The notes: a model not told the origin generated them from the sequence alone. A stretch of 64,000 bases of DNA from Piromyces finnis finn (GCA_002104945.1 MCFH01000041.1:372001-436000), one strand, 5' to 3'. Counted from the stretch's first letter, positions 1 to 14,997 are shown. Numbers and translations are program-made.

Positions 1-885
1 TAGATTGTCCAACATTTAGAGATATCCGTATTAAACATTATGATTCCATAGTTCAGCTATTAAATTTTTTCAGTCAACGTAATTCCAATAGTCCTATCAA
101 TAATAATGAAATTGTTAATATCAGTAGAGATAGTAATAACATTAATAGTAATAGTAACAATAGTAGTAATAACAATAGTAATAGTAACAATAGTAATAGT
201 AACAATAGTAATAATAACAATAATAGAAATAATAATATTAGTAATGATAGCAATAGTGAAGATAATAATTCTAATTTAGATAGTAATTTAGTTAATGATA
301 GTAATAGTTCTAATAATCCGGTGAATATTAATGTGTATGATTATTCTAGTGTGTACAGTAAAATATTTAAATTCCTTCTTGGGGGAAGAAGTTTTAACAA
401 TATTAATTACAATTCAAGGGAATGGAAAGAACTTTGTAAGCGTCAGATTCAATCTGATACTAACGAAGGAACACCATTCTTGACGGTAACCGCGGAACTT
501 CTAACCAAAATCATGCCTTTTGCTATTGGCCAGCAATGGTCAATGTTCAAAAGGTTTGAAGCAACATCCAAGAGCGTCAATGCTGAAGAAACAGTAAGAC
601 AGGCCAGGAGGGCCAGCGCAACCAATGGAGATCATAATTTTGTTCCATGATAAAATTTTGATCTTTGGCTCGGTGTCCCATTGGAAGTCAAATACAATTA
701 TTATACTTTAGTATGATAGTGGCTTTCTTACTTTAATTAAAATTACTAGAATACATTATACCCAATTTTTATTCATTTGTGTTTATTTAAACATATTTTT
801 TTTATTTTTATTTATTTTTAATTTTTTATTACATGTATTATAATTTTAATTAAATTAATAATAAAGTGTAAAAATATTTGATGCC

Positions 886-942
<57 letters not shown>
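1..942 (+). mobile_element. 3' end of a non-LTR retrotransposon (LINE copy 0), running off the left edge of the window
   Basis: Near-identical to the 3' ends of the copies at 47294 and 52526. Frame 3..650 encodes the same C-terminus (DCPTFRDIRIKHY...RASATNGDHNFVP*), followed by the same 3' UTR ending GATGCCGTT and a 54-nt poly(A) at 889-942. Confidence 0.95.
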
Positions 943-944
<2 letters not shown>

Positions 945-1229
945 AAAGGTGCGGACTAAGTAACCACCCACCAAATTAATTACTCTTTTTGTTACATAAA
1001 ATTTAAATGTAACAAAAAAAAAAAATAAAGATATTATTATGAATTTAATTGGATAATTTTTATAATTTTTAAATAATATATTATTATCCATTGTACAATG
1101 AAAAAAAAAAAGTACTAGAATAAATCGGTTTTTTTTTTTTTTTTTTTTTTTCTTTATCAAAAAAAAATTATATAATATAAATTCCTATTAATTTTATATT
1201 AAATGGAAAATACCAACAAAAAAAGAAAA

Positions 1230-1963
1230 ATGGCTATTGAAAAGGTTCACACTGAAAAGGCTCCAGCCGCTATTGGTCCATACTCCCAAGCTATCAAGAC
1301 TAACGGTATGGTTTACTGCAGGTGAGTGAAATAAAAGTTAAAAAGATGTTCTTTATTAAAAATTGAATTTTTCTTTTTCTTTTTTTTTTTTTTAAAAAAA
1401 TATATTTAAAAAAGAAAAATGAAAATTTAAAATTGAATATAGTATTTATATAGAGATATTTTTGAAATAAAAAAAAAAAATTAGAAAACTATAAATTAAA
1501 GTATATGTATTATTATATAATAATATTATTAGTGGTCAAATTCCATTAGATCCAGAAAAGATGGTTATTGTTGGTAAGGATGTTAAGGAACAAACTGCCC
1601 AAGTTTTAAAGAACTTATCTGAAGTTTTAAAGGCCGCTGGTACTGATGTTGATCATGTTGTTAAGACTACCGTCTTTTTAAAGGACATGAACGATTTCGT
1701 TCCAATGAACGAAGTTTACGCTGAAACTTTCAAGAGCAGTCAACCACCAGCTAGAGCTGCTGTTCAAGTAATTATTATTTTTAATTATTATATATTTAGT
1801 TATATTATATTTAATAATTATCTTTTTTAATTATTTTAATTCAAATTATTAATTATATTTTTTTATATATTTTTTTTAATTTTAAAAAAATAATATCCAA
1901 AAGGTTGCTAAGCTCCCAAAGGATGCTCTCGTTGAAATTGAATGCATTGCTGCTCTTCCATGA
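1230..1963 (+). CDS. ridA: RidA/YjgF/YER057c/UK114 family enamine/imine deaminase, 3 exons (1230-1321, 1533-1767, 1904-1963)
   Basis: The spliced product [38 protein letters not shown]...[18 protein letters not shown]...[24 protein letters not shown] carries the family motifs, including the conserved Arg. GT-AG introns keep the frame. Confidence 0.93.
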
Positions 1964-2989
1964 ATTTTTTCAAATTCATTTTAAAAAAGATAAAAAATAT
2001 CTATTAAAATCAATCATATTAATTCAACTAAATAAGAATTAAGAAGAAAATATTAATAAAATTAATATTTCTTAAAAAATATATATATATATATAAGGTT
2101 AAAAAAAAAAAAAAAAAATTACTATAAAAATATAATAAAAAGAAAATAGCAAATAGTAATGCTAAAATATAAAATGTCAACTTTTTTTTCAATTAATAAT
2201 TTAAATTTTACAATTAAATTTATTATAACTAAAAGTTTAATAAATATATGTATATGTTGTGTGTATTTGTATATATAATTTTTAATTGAAATAGTATAAT
2301 TTGATATTTCAATTATACAGACAATTTTGAAGTTTTGAAGCTTTTATTTTTAAAAATTAATATTTAAAAGATAGGAAAAGGACCATTAAAATTTTTATAA
2401 AAGAAGAAAAAAAATTTTAATTAAAAAAAAAAAAAACGAGAAATTATTTGGATTAACTGTATAGTTGCTGTAACCATGAAAAGCAAGCGTTAATTACATT
2501 CCTGATGAATCTTGTAATTTTTTTTTTTACTTTACAATTTTCATTAAAAAAAAAAAAAAATTTATTCAAAATTTTAGTTTTATATAATTTATGATGTTTC
2601 ACAAGCCAGAAAAAAAATAAAAAAAATATATATTATATATATTTTTTTTTTAATAATGTTTTATCTTTATTAAATGTAATATTTATTTTTATTATTAGTT
2701 AGTAGTTGTTGTTGGTGATGTAGCATTTAATTTATAATTTCTATAAAATATTTATTACATAAATTATAATATTTATCAAAAATATTATAATAGCGTATAT
2801 ATATCTTATATACATTTTTTTTTTTTTTTTTTATACTTTATTATTACTTTTTTTTTCATCTTTATTTTTTCAAATTATTTAAAAATAAATAGTATATCTT
2901 TAAATAGGTGTATTAAAAATAATAAATTTTTAGAATCATTAAATAATATATTATTAACAAATAGTTCAAACTTATTGTTTTTTATTATA

Positions 2990-3020
<31 letters not shown>

Positions 3021-3150
3021 TTTTTATTTTATTTTTTATTTCTTTTCTTTTCCTGTTGTTATTATTTTATTTTACTTTGATAGAGTTTAGTTTTTTTTTT
3101 TTTTTTTCCTTTTTCTAAAAATACCAATTAAAAACTATAATTTAAGAAAC

Positions 3151-6100
3151 TTATTTTCTTGATTCCGTCAATGAAGATGAAAATGAATTTCTAGAAAATG
3201 ATTGGGATTGAGAAAGGTATTGATTTTGGGATAAAGATTGCGATTGAGATGCATTATTCATCAAAGATGTCCTGTATAAACTACTCACGGATCCATATTG
3301 TCGATTATTAGAGGAATTATTACTGTTTCTAAAACTAAAGCTACTTGGCGTGGATAAACGACTAGGTTGTGGAGATCCATCTTGATAAAATTCTTTAACA
3401 CATTCATCAATAAATTTACCATAACTATCCACCATGGAAGATCCATGTTGAATGGAAAAATGTTTTCTTATGGTTTTGCTAGAAATAGGATTATCACGTG
3501 TTCCCTTTAAAAGGAAAAAGACTTCATCATGAATATCTTGAAGTAAAGAAACCAAATTACCCGATGTCGTATTGGTAGATGCAGATTCACGCCAACTTAT
3601 ATAGTCAACATCCGTAATTGAAATGATAGAATAGGTAGTATTAGATGGATTATAATCAGAACCATACGTAGTTCCAGATACAATGCGTGGTTTGTTTGGA
3701 AAGACACTAGTGGTTGAAGATGAAATGGAAATACGTGATGTTCGAGAATGGGCATACATTGGCATATTTTTTTCAGGAATTTGACCACGTTGATAACGTT
3801 GAGGTAAGGAAATTCTTGAATTACTTGAAAAGTAATCTGAATTGGAATGATAAGGATGAAGGTCCATTGAATCTCTATTATTATCAATAATACTTGGTTC
3901 ATTGGCTTCTTCATAGTCCATACTCGTGGTGAAATTTTCTAATTTATTGGAATTACTTCTCTTAATTTCAAATTTATTTTGTGAATTGATATTCAAACTA
4001 TAGGATCTTTTACGAACATGGAAGGTTGGTCTTTCGAAATTTGATTTTTGAATTGTGAATGAACTCTCATTAATTATTTCATTATTACTATTTAATTGGG
4101 CTATGACACTTTGCGATAATTCTCCACTAATATCATTATTATATAGGATATCATCACTTGATGAATGCCTACTATTCATTCTTGATTTTGCAATAATCGT
4201 AGAATCATTACCCAAGTTCTTGGTATTTAGAACATCAAAGGATAAATCATTACTTATTATAGAACTTGGTGGGTTGTTTCTATTGTAGGAATCAGCAAAA
4301 ATAACGGGTGCTGGTGGTACTAATAAATTAGCCTCATCTTGTTTAGTTAACTCTTGTGTTGGGAGCGACTTTAATTGTTCTGGTTTCTCTAAACAAAATT
4401 CATCCTTGAATAAAATCTTTTCTGAGTTAAGATTGTCCAATGAATTTTCTTTATCATTTTTAATCCTAATATCTTCCTCAAGGCGAAGATGCCTTGAATA
4501 TTCCTGTGAACCTTTTTTATTATTATCGATTCGCTTATCAATCATATCTTCCCCTCCATTAGTTGTCACAACCATAACATCCTTTTTATGCTTTGTTTTA
4601 TTTTGTAAATGTTCAAACTCATCATTCAAATCGGATGAAACTTGTAAACTCTGACTTTTTTTCAACTTTGTCTTTTTTTTCACTCCAATCTTTGGCGATG
4701 ATTTTATTTGAATACTTCCGGTTTGACTCCTTTTATCCAAAGATACAACGCTTCCTTTCTTTATTAACTTGCTTCGTTTAGAATGAGAATGCGAATATCC
4801 ACTATTACTACTAACACTATGAATACTACTAGTATCCCATGACGTCTTTATAGATTTATCCAACATAAAGGCTTGATTAATTGGATTATAATTATAATTT
4901 ATATTTTTGGCTTCTTTTTTATATTTTGATTTCACTTTTTTATTCTTTTCATTCATACTAATTTTTTCTTCTTCCAATGTTTTATTCATAATAATTGGAG
5001 AAGAGGTAATTTTAGTTTGAATATTGTTTTGGGTACTAGAAATGAAATAATCAAAGGACGGTTCTATAGTAGTAGCTTTTGCTATGTTATTTGGATTAGT
5101 TGTATTAACAAAGAGTACATTAGAATCATTAGTATTGTTGTTGTTAAAGACGACAATATTATTATCATCATTCTTATTATTGTTGTTGTTGATGTTACCA
5201 TTATTATAGTTATTGTTTTTATTTTGTAAATTATTTACAATAGTAGTACTCGATATGTTATTTGGATTTATACTTTGAATAGAATTATTAAATTTATCAA
5301 AAGTGTAGGATTGATTTGGCGTTATGCATGGTAATGTAGTATCATGAATAGAATCTGTTTTACTACTAATGAAATTATTATTTGGTTCGTTTAACTTTTT
5401 GAATTCTTTAGAATCATAAATAGTGTTCGTATTCGTTTCTTGATGGCTTTTATGATCTTTGGTGCTTTTACTTTTTGTCTTCTTTGAATCAATATCTATT
5501 TTATTGTCCTTATATTTATTTTCTTTAAATCTATTCTTAGCCACCATTTCAAAGAAATCTTGATGTATTTCTTCAGTTCCATGATTTCTTTCTGGATTTT
5601 TATTCTTTTTTACAAAAGTATCACTCCATTTTAAATTATTCATATGATAGATAGAGTATAATGGGAGATAAATGTAAAAAATAATTTTTCCAATGAATGA
5701 AAAAATAACAATGGCAGAAAGAGTATTATCTCTACCGTGAGAATGATAATTCATCGACGCTAACGCAAATATAAGTTGAATCACAAAGAAAAATAGCACT
5801 TCAATTAATATATTTAAATATTTTTCTCCTTTAATAGAATTATAAATTAAATTTCCAATTAAATAATAATAATAAGAAAATAATGCTGGATATATTAATT
5901 GCTTTAAAAATATGCTAATGGAATTTAAACGAACAATGATTGAAGAATGATTAAAAAATAATGACAATAATATATGTAATAATGAATTATAATTTCTTCT
6001 GAATTGTGCCTTAATTGATGTAAAACTTTCAGGAAGTTTTGTCCTTCCAATTAATTCAGGAATACATGCAATTTTTTCGTTATACCCTCTCACCAAAAGT

Positions 6101-9100
6101 ATTGGTAATAATTTATCTTCCCCTAATTCTAACATGGAACGAACATGCAACGTATCTCTTGAAGCATATCGACCATAGTTATAAAGTACATCATCGGATG
6201 CAACCATAATTTCACTTGTTTTCGACTTAAATATACGATAAACAATACAACAAGAACAAGGATAATAAATTAATCTACTTAAAAATATATCCGAAGTAAG
6301 TATTTGGCTTTGATATATTTTAATAAATTGATTATAAAGAAAGGCCATCAACTTATTTGTATCATATTCATGTGAGATAAGACCTGAAATAGCTAATTGA
6401 TTATCATGGTCTTCCAAGTATGTGGTCAAGGTATAAAGCGTATTTTGAAAAACACAGGTATCTGCATCAACCACAGACAAATATTTATATACTTTTGGAC
6501 TTAAACCTAATCTATCCGTTAAATGATAGTGTAATTCATACTCCGCAGGGGTAAAGGATGAGTCAATATCATGAAGTTTGTTTAAATAATTTAATAGAAT
6601 TAACAAAGAGTCACGTTTTCCTCTATTACCTGGATTTAATTCCTCATACTTATTTCCAAGTTTTGAAATAATCACATAAGGAATTTTTGTTTTTTTGTGA
6701 TATCCTGAGTAAACACGGAGGTAATTCATTTGACGTCTTCCTCTTCCTATAGAATGATAAATTACCGATTCATCATGGGTTGGATTTTCTATGCCAAGAA
6801 TCTTTAATATGTGGTTAATTGAACTGGAATTAGTATCACTAATAATACCATCACATACGATACATAATAATAATTTATTATTATCATAATTAGAGGTAAG
6901 AATAGATTGTAACGCTGCTTCCAAAATAGGATAAGGTTCACGAAACACCGACATAAACACAATATTATACGGCATAGAAAACCTTGATAATTTATTATTC
7001 TTATATTTTGAAAATCTCTTTTTTTTAAATGGAAGAAAAATTAAATTGATCAATGTAGATAAAGCTAATATACTACATATAACAATAAAAATGATATGGA
7101 CATAATCATTAGGATTTTCCATTCTTCCAATAGTGAATAACTCAGAGAGGCCTTTTAACGCACTTTCATTTTGATGTAAATATATATTTTCAAATTCTTT
7201 TGTGATATCATAATCATAATCATTATAATTACTATCCTCTATTAATTTTGTAAATTCTGGTTTTAAAAAATCAATATCTTTTGAATTTGTACTGTTGTAA
7301 TAATAATTACACAAGGCCATATACGGTTCCATATCTAAAACTATACCATTAATAACCACAATATATTTTTTTTCATTTATTAATTGGTTAAAGTCGTCTT
7401 TATTAAATGTTTTCTCTAAAGAATAGGAAAATTAAAATATTTAAATTAATATAAATAAAATGATAAATAAAGGATTAAAATATAAAATATATATATATTA
7501 TTTATAAAAATAAAAAAATAGATTAAAATTAAAATTATTTAAAAAAAAAAAAAAAGCTATAGATTAAATTTTTAAAATTAAAAAATAAATACATTATAGA
7601 AATGAATATTTACCAGTTTTATGAAGCTTTTTTATTTTATTAATATCATAGCAGGTGTAACTAAAATCTGTTTTTGGACAAATTAAACTTGGATTATTTA
7701 TTTGGGCAATATACTTGTAATCCTTTCTTATACTTAAATAATTATTTAATTTTATTTGATTATCAACGATACTATTTATATTTTCATTTTCTTTATAATC
7801 CTCTAATAATGGATAGGTTGGAAATAAGAAAGAAATTTCTTCACCCTTCTTTGTATTTAGATAGTCTTTTAAGCCTATACCTTTAAGATCACTATAGGCA
7901 TAATCATAGCCATGAATACTTATTTTTTCACGATTTAATATTCCAATTTTTGATGGGATCTTACCGATATTTAACGCTATAAAAAAACTACTCATAACAA
8001 TACAATAAAAGAAAAATATTGTTATTTTTTCTCTCCAAAGGGGTTGCGCTCTTTCATGAAGTTTAAAAAAAGATAAAACAAAATCTGGAATGAAAAAGGT
8101 TAAACATCTACATAAGAAAATCCAAAGAACTCTTAAAACTGTCACGGATTTTTGCTTTTTATTTAATCTACGACGATCTCTCTTTTTTCTTTTATTTTTT
8201 AACATTTTCAAGCGTTCAATTTCTTTGTCTTCCTCAATCTTTGGAACCTTGTTAAAATCAACAAAATTATTATTACTACCAATCGATAATCTACTATTAA
8301 ATCCATAAATTTTATGAGAATGATTACTGACATCAATAGCAAATGGATTAGTATCATCGTATATTTCTGTTTTAGTTGATGCTGAACTTTGTAAAAAGTC
8401 CTTTTCATTTTGATAGTTATGGTTTTCGTCATATCTTTCTTTATTATTTTCATGTAAACTACATAAGAAATTTACAGAATTTGAAGCAAATGCTTTTTTC
8501 TTTTTACCATCTTTAGGATCATTTTTCTTATTTTTTGACGGTGAGGATAAAGTAGCTGTAGAACTATTAATTTTTAAATCTGGTGATGAAATATACTTTT
8601 TCGTTAATATCACATTACTATTTGTATCCTTTTTAGTACTGGGTAATGCATCGGAAGCACAAACAGATAGATTATCATTATGTTTTTCATTATAATTACT
8701 TGGAAGTACTGTTATTTTATGATGTTTCAAGTATTCTAATGATTTTGCCTTTTTATATATATAATCACTCGTCTTTATATCATTAGCAATATCTTCATCA
8801 ATATAATCTTCATAGTTGGTTTCATTATTAATTATATTATAGCCATTTTTACTTTCTGAACCACTTAATTTTCCAAGATATGACTTTTTTGTAATGATTG
8901 AATTAACACTCAATGAACTATTACTACGACGTTTTGACCGACTTACACTTCTAATTATGGAATTTAATCGAGATAATGTTGATGAGGATGAACTTTCTTT
9001 ACTAAATCTATTTTTATTTTTATATTTAAAATTTAACAAACTTTCCTTTAATGGTTTTCTTTCATCATCTATTAAAAATTTTGTATAGGAAAAATCATTT

Positions 9101-10731
9101 TCATTATCGTTGTAATCCAATGGTTTCACGTTATTTATTTCATCATCCTCACTGGTTAATCCACGAGTCTTTAATTCCATAAAATGATTCTTGTCATTAT
9201 ACTCGGTTGGAAATTTTTTAAATAAATAATTATTACTCATATTATTAAAACTTGGGTTTGAGTTTATCCAATAATGGTCCTTGTTTTGTTGTATGATTGT
9301 TTGGTCTAATGAACTATTATTTTCATTGGTTAACTTTGAATCTTGGTAATACGTATTTTGAAGTTCTGCTTTGCTATTATTATCATTATTATTATTTAAA
9401 AACGCTCCGTTCATTAATAGGTTATTTTTATCACTATTATAGGATAGAGGGGTATCATTAATTTGGTATGGCATTTTTTTATTATTTGACAAAAATGGAT
9501 TTCCATTATTGATAAGAGACTCCAGCTGGGAATTCTCATTACTCGTATTAACATTATTTATAATATTAGAACTATAATTATAATTAGTATAGGGTAAAAA
9601 ATCTTGGTTATTCATTGAGAAAGGTCTTAAATTAAAATCCGAACTATTTAAATTGGTATTATTAATATTTTCGGATTGAGAATTTGTGGCGGTATTTAAT
9701 TCCTTTCCGAGACTAATATTACTTTGCTGCTTTTCAGGTTTATCTACTGAATTTTTAAAGTAATCATTAGAATTTGAATTTTGAGATATTATTGGGTATG
9801 TGTTAATATTATAGGATAATCCTTTAGAGGTTGTTAAATTTGAACTTGATAAATCGGTTGATTTATTGGAAAGTACATTAGTTCTATCTTTAATATCATT
9901 TTCAATTTTTGGATTAGTAGAATTAAATGTATTCTTATAACTATTAGAATGATGATGATTACTATCATTATTATTATGATAAGAGATATTGGGTTTCATA
10001 TTTATATTGCGTGAGGGTATAAAAGGTTTTGCATTACTTGTAGTTCTCGGTGGGACTGTAAAATTTTCATTTGAATTATTTGAAACTTCGTTGATATGGT
10101 TAATATTAGTATTATGAATTGGTAAAGCGTTGATATTATTATTATTTACTATTGGATGATGAAATGATGTTGCATGATTTGAATTACTATTTAAATTCTG
10201 ATTTATAGCTATTTCCTTTTTCGTAGTTTCAAAAATTGAATTTACCGTATTATTTGGTTCATACTGATGCCTTTGTATGTTATTAATATTACCCTTTTCT
10301 AGTTCATTGTTTTTTTCATTTATGTTAGAATAATAATAATGATTTTTCGGGTTTACTGAAGGACTTTGTATCTCAATATTAGGATTTTGATTTGTATGTT
10401 TAAAAGATATGGTATTGTTATTTTTAAATTGTGATGTAGCACTACTAGCATGATTCTTTCTTTTCATTTCTGAAATATCATTTTTTTCTATTTTTTCATT
10501 TGAAGTTGAAACTGGTATAGAACTAACAATATTGTTAATATTTGAATTGATATGAGTATGTAATTTCAAATTATCCTTAGTTATTACATTTGGGTATATA
10601 TTTTCATTAGTTTCATTATTATATAAGTAACTGGTAATTTTATCATTTTTATTATTTTTATAAAAATTTTTTGAACTATCTTTATCTGTCAATTTATTAA
10701 ACTGACCAGTATTTATATTATTCTCTACCAT
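3151..10731 (-). CDS. Chitin synthase-like protein (division 2 type): long N/S-rich N-terminus, TM pair, Cyt-b5-like segments, GT2 domain, DEK_C-like C-terminus; catalytic motifs degenerate. Two exons, 10731-7614 and 7415-3151
   Basis: The two track ORFs join in frame through a 198-nt GT-AG intron (7613-7416), giving KT-E-KTFNKDDFNQLINEKKYIVVINGIVLDM. Motifs seen are WREK..IFF, NRGKRDS, VDADT, DTLH...LGED and a DEK_C-like helical stretch (DIHDEVFFLL...SKTIRKHF...KFIDECVKEF). Confidence 0.85.
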
Positions 10732-11975
10732 AATGAAAAATATTATATATATAGTATATAATTCATTAACTATTATAAATATTAATTATAAAAATCTGGA
10801 AGTGAGATTATAAATATAAAAAATTAATATATTTATTAATTTAACAATAACATTATTATTAAAAGAATTATTGTATACAAATATTATATTTCTATTGTTA
10901 TAAGGTAGCTTATTGCTTTTAAACCTTTTATCTATATTTTGTTATTTAATAAATATACAATAATATTGATATTTTATATTTATCTATTTATATTTATTTA
11001 TTTATTTATTTTATTCTTACTGTCATTCTTTTCTCTTTTATAATAAAAAAAATGATAGTTGCTTATTCCATATTTTTAAATATTTATTTATGTTAAATAC
11101 TAAATAAAATAAATTTACTAATTATTTTGTATTATTTTGATCTAAATCTTTTTTTTTTTTTTTTTGTTATAATTTTTGTGTAATTGTTGAAAATGAAATG
11201 GTTTTTAGAAATTTTTAAAATCCTTTTTTTTTTTATCAATTGTTTCTTTTTTCGTTTTAAGGTTTTTTTTACTTTAGTTTGCTATTATTATTGCTTTTTT
11301 TTATTATTATTAATGTAGTTGTTGTTATTTTCTTTATTATATTACATTTAATATTATTATGTTTTGTTTTATTTTTCCTTTTTTTTTTAAATATTACTAT
11401 TATTATATTTATATTAAATTATTTTTTTATTAATTCATAATATATTTTAAAAAGTAATTACAATAAACATATAATAATATAATTTATTAAATTATTCTTA
11501 AATAAAAAAAAAAAAAATTCAATTTCAAATAGTTTATAAACTATAAATTTAATTGAATAAAAAGCTTTAAAAGAAAAAAGTATCACTTTTTTTTTTTTTT
11601 AATATTATTATTATTAAAAATTATTATTAAATATGGTTATAATTAGTTGGAAAAAAAAGTCGATTAAATTTTATTATATGTTAAATTACATTTTTTAATT
11701 ATATATAATATATGTTTTTTTTTTTTTTTTTTTAATAATGAAATTTTTTATTTTATAATATTAATTATTTAAATTTAAATATAATTTGTTCTTATATATT
11801 TTCAATTTAATATAATATATGATAATTATGTTTTGAAAGTTTTTCTTTAATATAAATATAAAACTTTTCAATATATTAAAATTTATTTGATATATATTAC
11901 TCATTTTATTAAATGATTTAATTAAATATTGAAAAATAATTATTAAAGTTTTCAAATGTAAAAAAGAACCTTTTC

Positions 11976-12012
<37 letters not shown>

Positions 12013-14957
12013 TATTCTTTTGTTATTAAAATTAAAAAATACTAAATAATATATTATAATATATAATAATAATGAATTTTATTCTATTCAATAAATAATA
12101 TTAAAAAATAAAAAAAGAAAATAAAGCGTTTTTTTTTAAAAAAATATTATAGAATTTAATATACTATTATGATAAGTTATTTCTTTAAAAATTAATTAGA
12201 TAAACAATTGATTTTATTATGAAAGGCTTTATTATACCACACTTTCAAAGCTCAATATATAAAAAAAAAAAGATACAAATTTCACAGAAAATTAAATTTA
12301 TTATCGAGTTACCAATAATAAAGTTAATCCTAGATTAATTGTAACCTTACCAAAAGTATAATATATTATGAGAATTTAATTTCAGTTTTAACTTTAATCC
12401 ATTCATTAACCAATAAAAAGGATATATAATAATAATATAATAATTGATTTAAAGAATATTATATATTTTTAAATTTGGTGTAACCATAAATTTTCCTTTT
12501 ATAAATTAATTTATTATATTTACTTTTATGGATAATATATTTTTATATTTTAATATTGTATTAAAAAATAGGATTTATATTAATGTAGGTTACACGAATC
12601 CAACAATCAATTTTGTCATCATTTTTATATTTTTAGAAAAAGAAATAAATAAAAAGTATATTGTAATATATAGTACAATATATTGTAATACAAAGTTTTT
12701 TTGTCTAACATTATTTTAATAATCTTCAAACAAATACAAAACTAACCTATAACAATAATAATAAATTTTAATTTTATTAGAAATAAACTTTAATTATTAG
12801 TAAATAAAAATTCAAATAATAAGTAGTATGTTTTCTATAAATAAAAGTAGTTTTGAAAAAATACGTATATACATTGATAATATTATATATAAATTATAAA
12901 AAAATAATATAATATTAAAAAAATTAATAAATATATAAAAAGAAAACTTTTTTTTAAAAAAATTAAATTTTCATAATAGTCATGATACAAAAAGTGTACC
13001 TATTTCAAACTCTTTAGTATGAATGAAAAAAAGTGTAAAAAAAAAAAATATTTTGCTGTCAAATCCTATTGAAATAAAAATGATATAAAATATACTTTTT
13101 GTTTTTAATTATTTTTTTGATACATTTTATATATTAAAAATATATAAACTTTAATTAATATCAAAAAAAAAAAAACTTATTAATTTTTATATTAAAAATC
13201 TATCAACTATGAATCATATCCATAAAAACAGCTTAAACTTAACTTTTTTTTTCTTACTTCCTTTCAATATAAAAATAGTATATGCATTTTTTTTCTTTAT
13301 TTTATACCATTGAATACAATCACTTTCTTTTATAATTCAATAAAATAATATTCAATTATAAAAAAATAAACTTTTATTTTTTATAAAGAATAGTCTATAT
13401 TCTTTTTTAATGTGGATAAAAAACGATTTAGAAAATAAAAAAAAAAAAACTATTACTATTATGAATATATTAATTTATAAATTAAAAAAAGAAAATCTAA
13501 AAAAATTTAATATTTGTAACATGTTCAATAAAAATTTAATATTGCGTTTTTTTAAATAAAAGGTCACTTTTAAAATTATATATTGAAAAGAAAAAAAAAA
13601 CAATATTCATATCAAATTATTATTACTAATATAAACTTTTTCTTACTTTAACATCTATAAAAATTATTATATATAATGATTATGTTAATTATAAATTATT
13701 TTTATTATTTTTAATAGATGGATTTGTGTAATTTGTGTGGTGGATTTAAATATTAGAATTTATAATTCTACTACAAGAATAAGTAACATTCAATAATGCA
13801 GAAAATAATTGCATATAATTACATATAGTTGACATAACATTACATTCATAATATGAAAGCATGACTAATAATAAAAAACAATACTAATACCCAAAAATTA
13901 ATACAAAAATAAATAAATCATTACCTCCTTTTAACAAAATTGTTGTACAAAAAATTAATAGATTTTCTGTTTTTTTTTTTTTTTTTGGTTGGTTGGTGGG
14001 TTGGTTGGTTGGATAGAAAAGGAAAATCGTAACAGTTTAACCACTTTTTAATAGTAGAGTTGGTTGTAATAGTTGGAAAGTAAATAAAATGAAATGAAAT
14101 AAAAAAAAAATAATTCTAGATATTTCAAAACCAAGATGAATGTAAAATAGGAAACTATAAAATTATTTATAAATAGAAAACTTAACCACGAATAAATTAA
14201 TTTTTCACTACCTTACAACTAATTCTTATTAGAATTTTTTTTTTTTTTTTTTTTTTTTTGATAATGATAAATAATTTTTCGTTATTAGACAAGTTTATAA
14301 CTATTGTTTTTTATCTCAAAAAATAGTTTTAATGGATACAAACGATCTATTAAATTATTTTTAAAAATTCAATTCATATCACAATTACTATAAAAATAAA
14401 TAATCTTGTAATAAATAACATTAAAATATGTGTGTTTTCTAAATTTTTTCATACTATAATTATTATACTATTTATACTATTCACAATAATATAAAGTTTT
14501 TTTTTAACTTTAAAAAAAAACTTTAATAGTCTATTTTGTTTCCATTATTCATAACGAATCTAATTATCCTAATTATCTTAATAATTTCTTTAAATATTAA
14601 AGTTATTATGGGATAAAAAAATAGAGCTTTTTTTTTTTAATAATTAAAATTGCATTCCATATCATATCATTTAACATTTTTATAATAATTGACTTTTATT
14701 TATTAAAATTATGAAGCATATTTCAAATTAAAATTATCATTTAAAAACTACTTTTCCTTTTTTTTTTTTAATTAAAAAATTAATAGTTACTATTTCTATT
14801 TATTATTATAATTATACTTTAAAAATCAAATATCACCTCATATTAATATATTGCCAATGACAATCCTTTTTTACTTGAATATCAATACTACTAAATTTCT
14901 TTTAAATTTTTAAGAAATATTATTAGAAAAATAAATATTATATATTATCTATTTATC

Positions 14958-14997
<40 letters not shown>

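Noticed and set aside
582-592. CTGAAGA as a hammerhead core in the LINE/SINE motif
   Set aside because: No stem II followed by GAAA and no NUH arrangement can be built.
855-1160. Track ORFs over homopolymers and microsatellites (also 23134-23427, 33935-34408 tail, 33947-34204, 43355-43693)
   Set aside because: Stop-free frames are produced by the repeats themselves.
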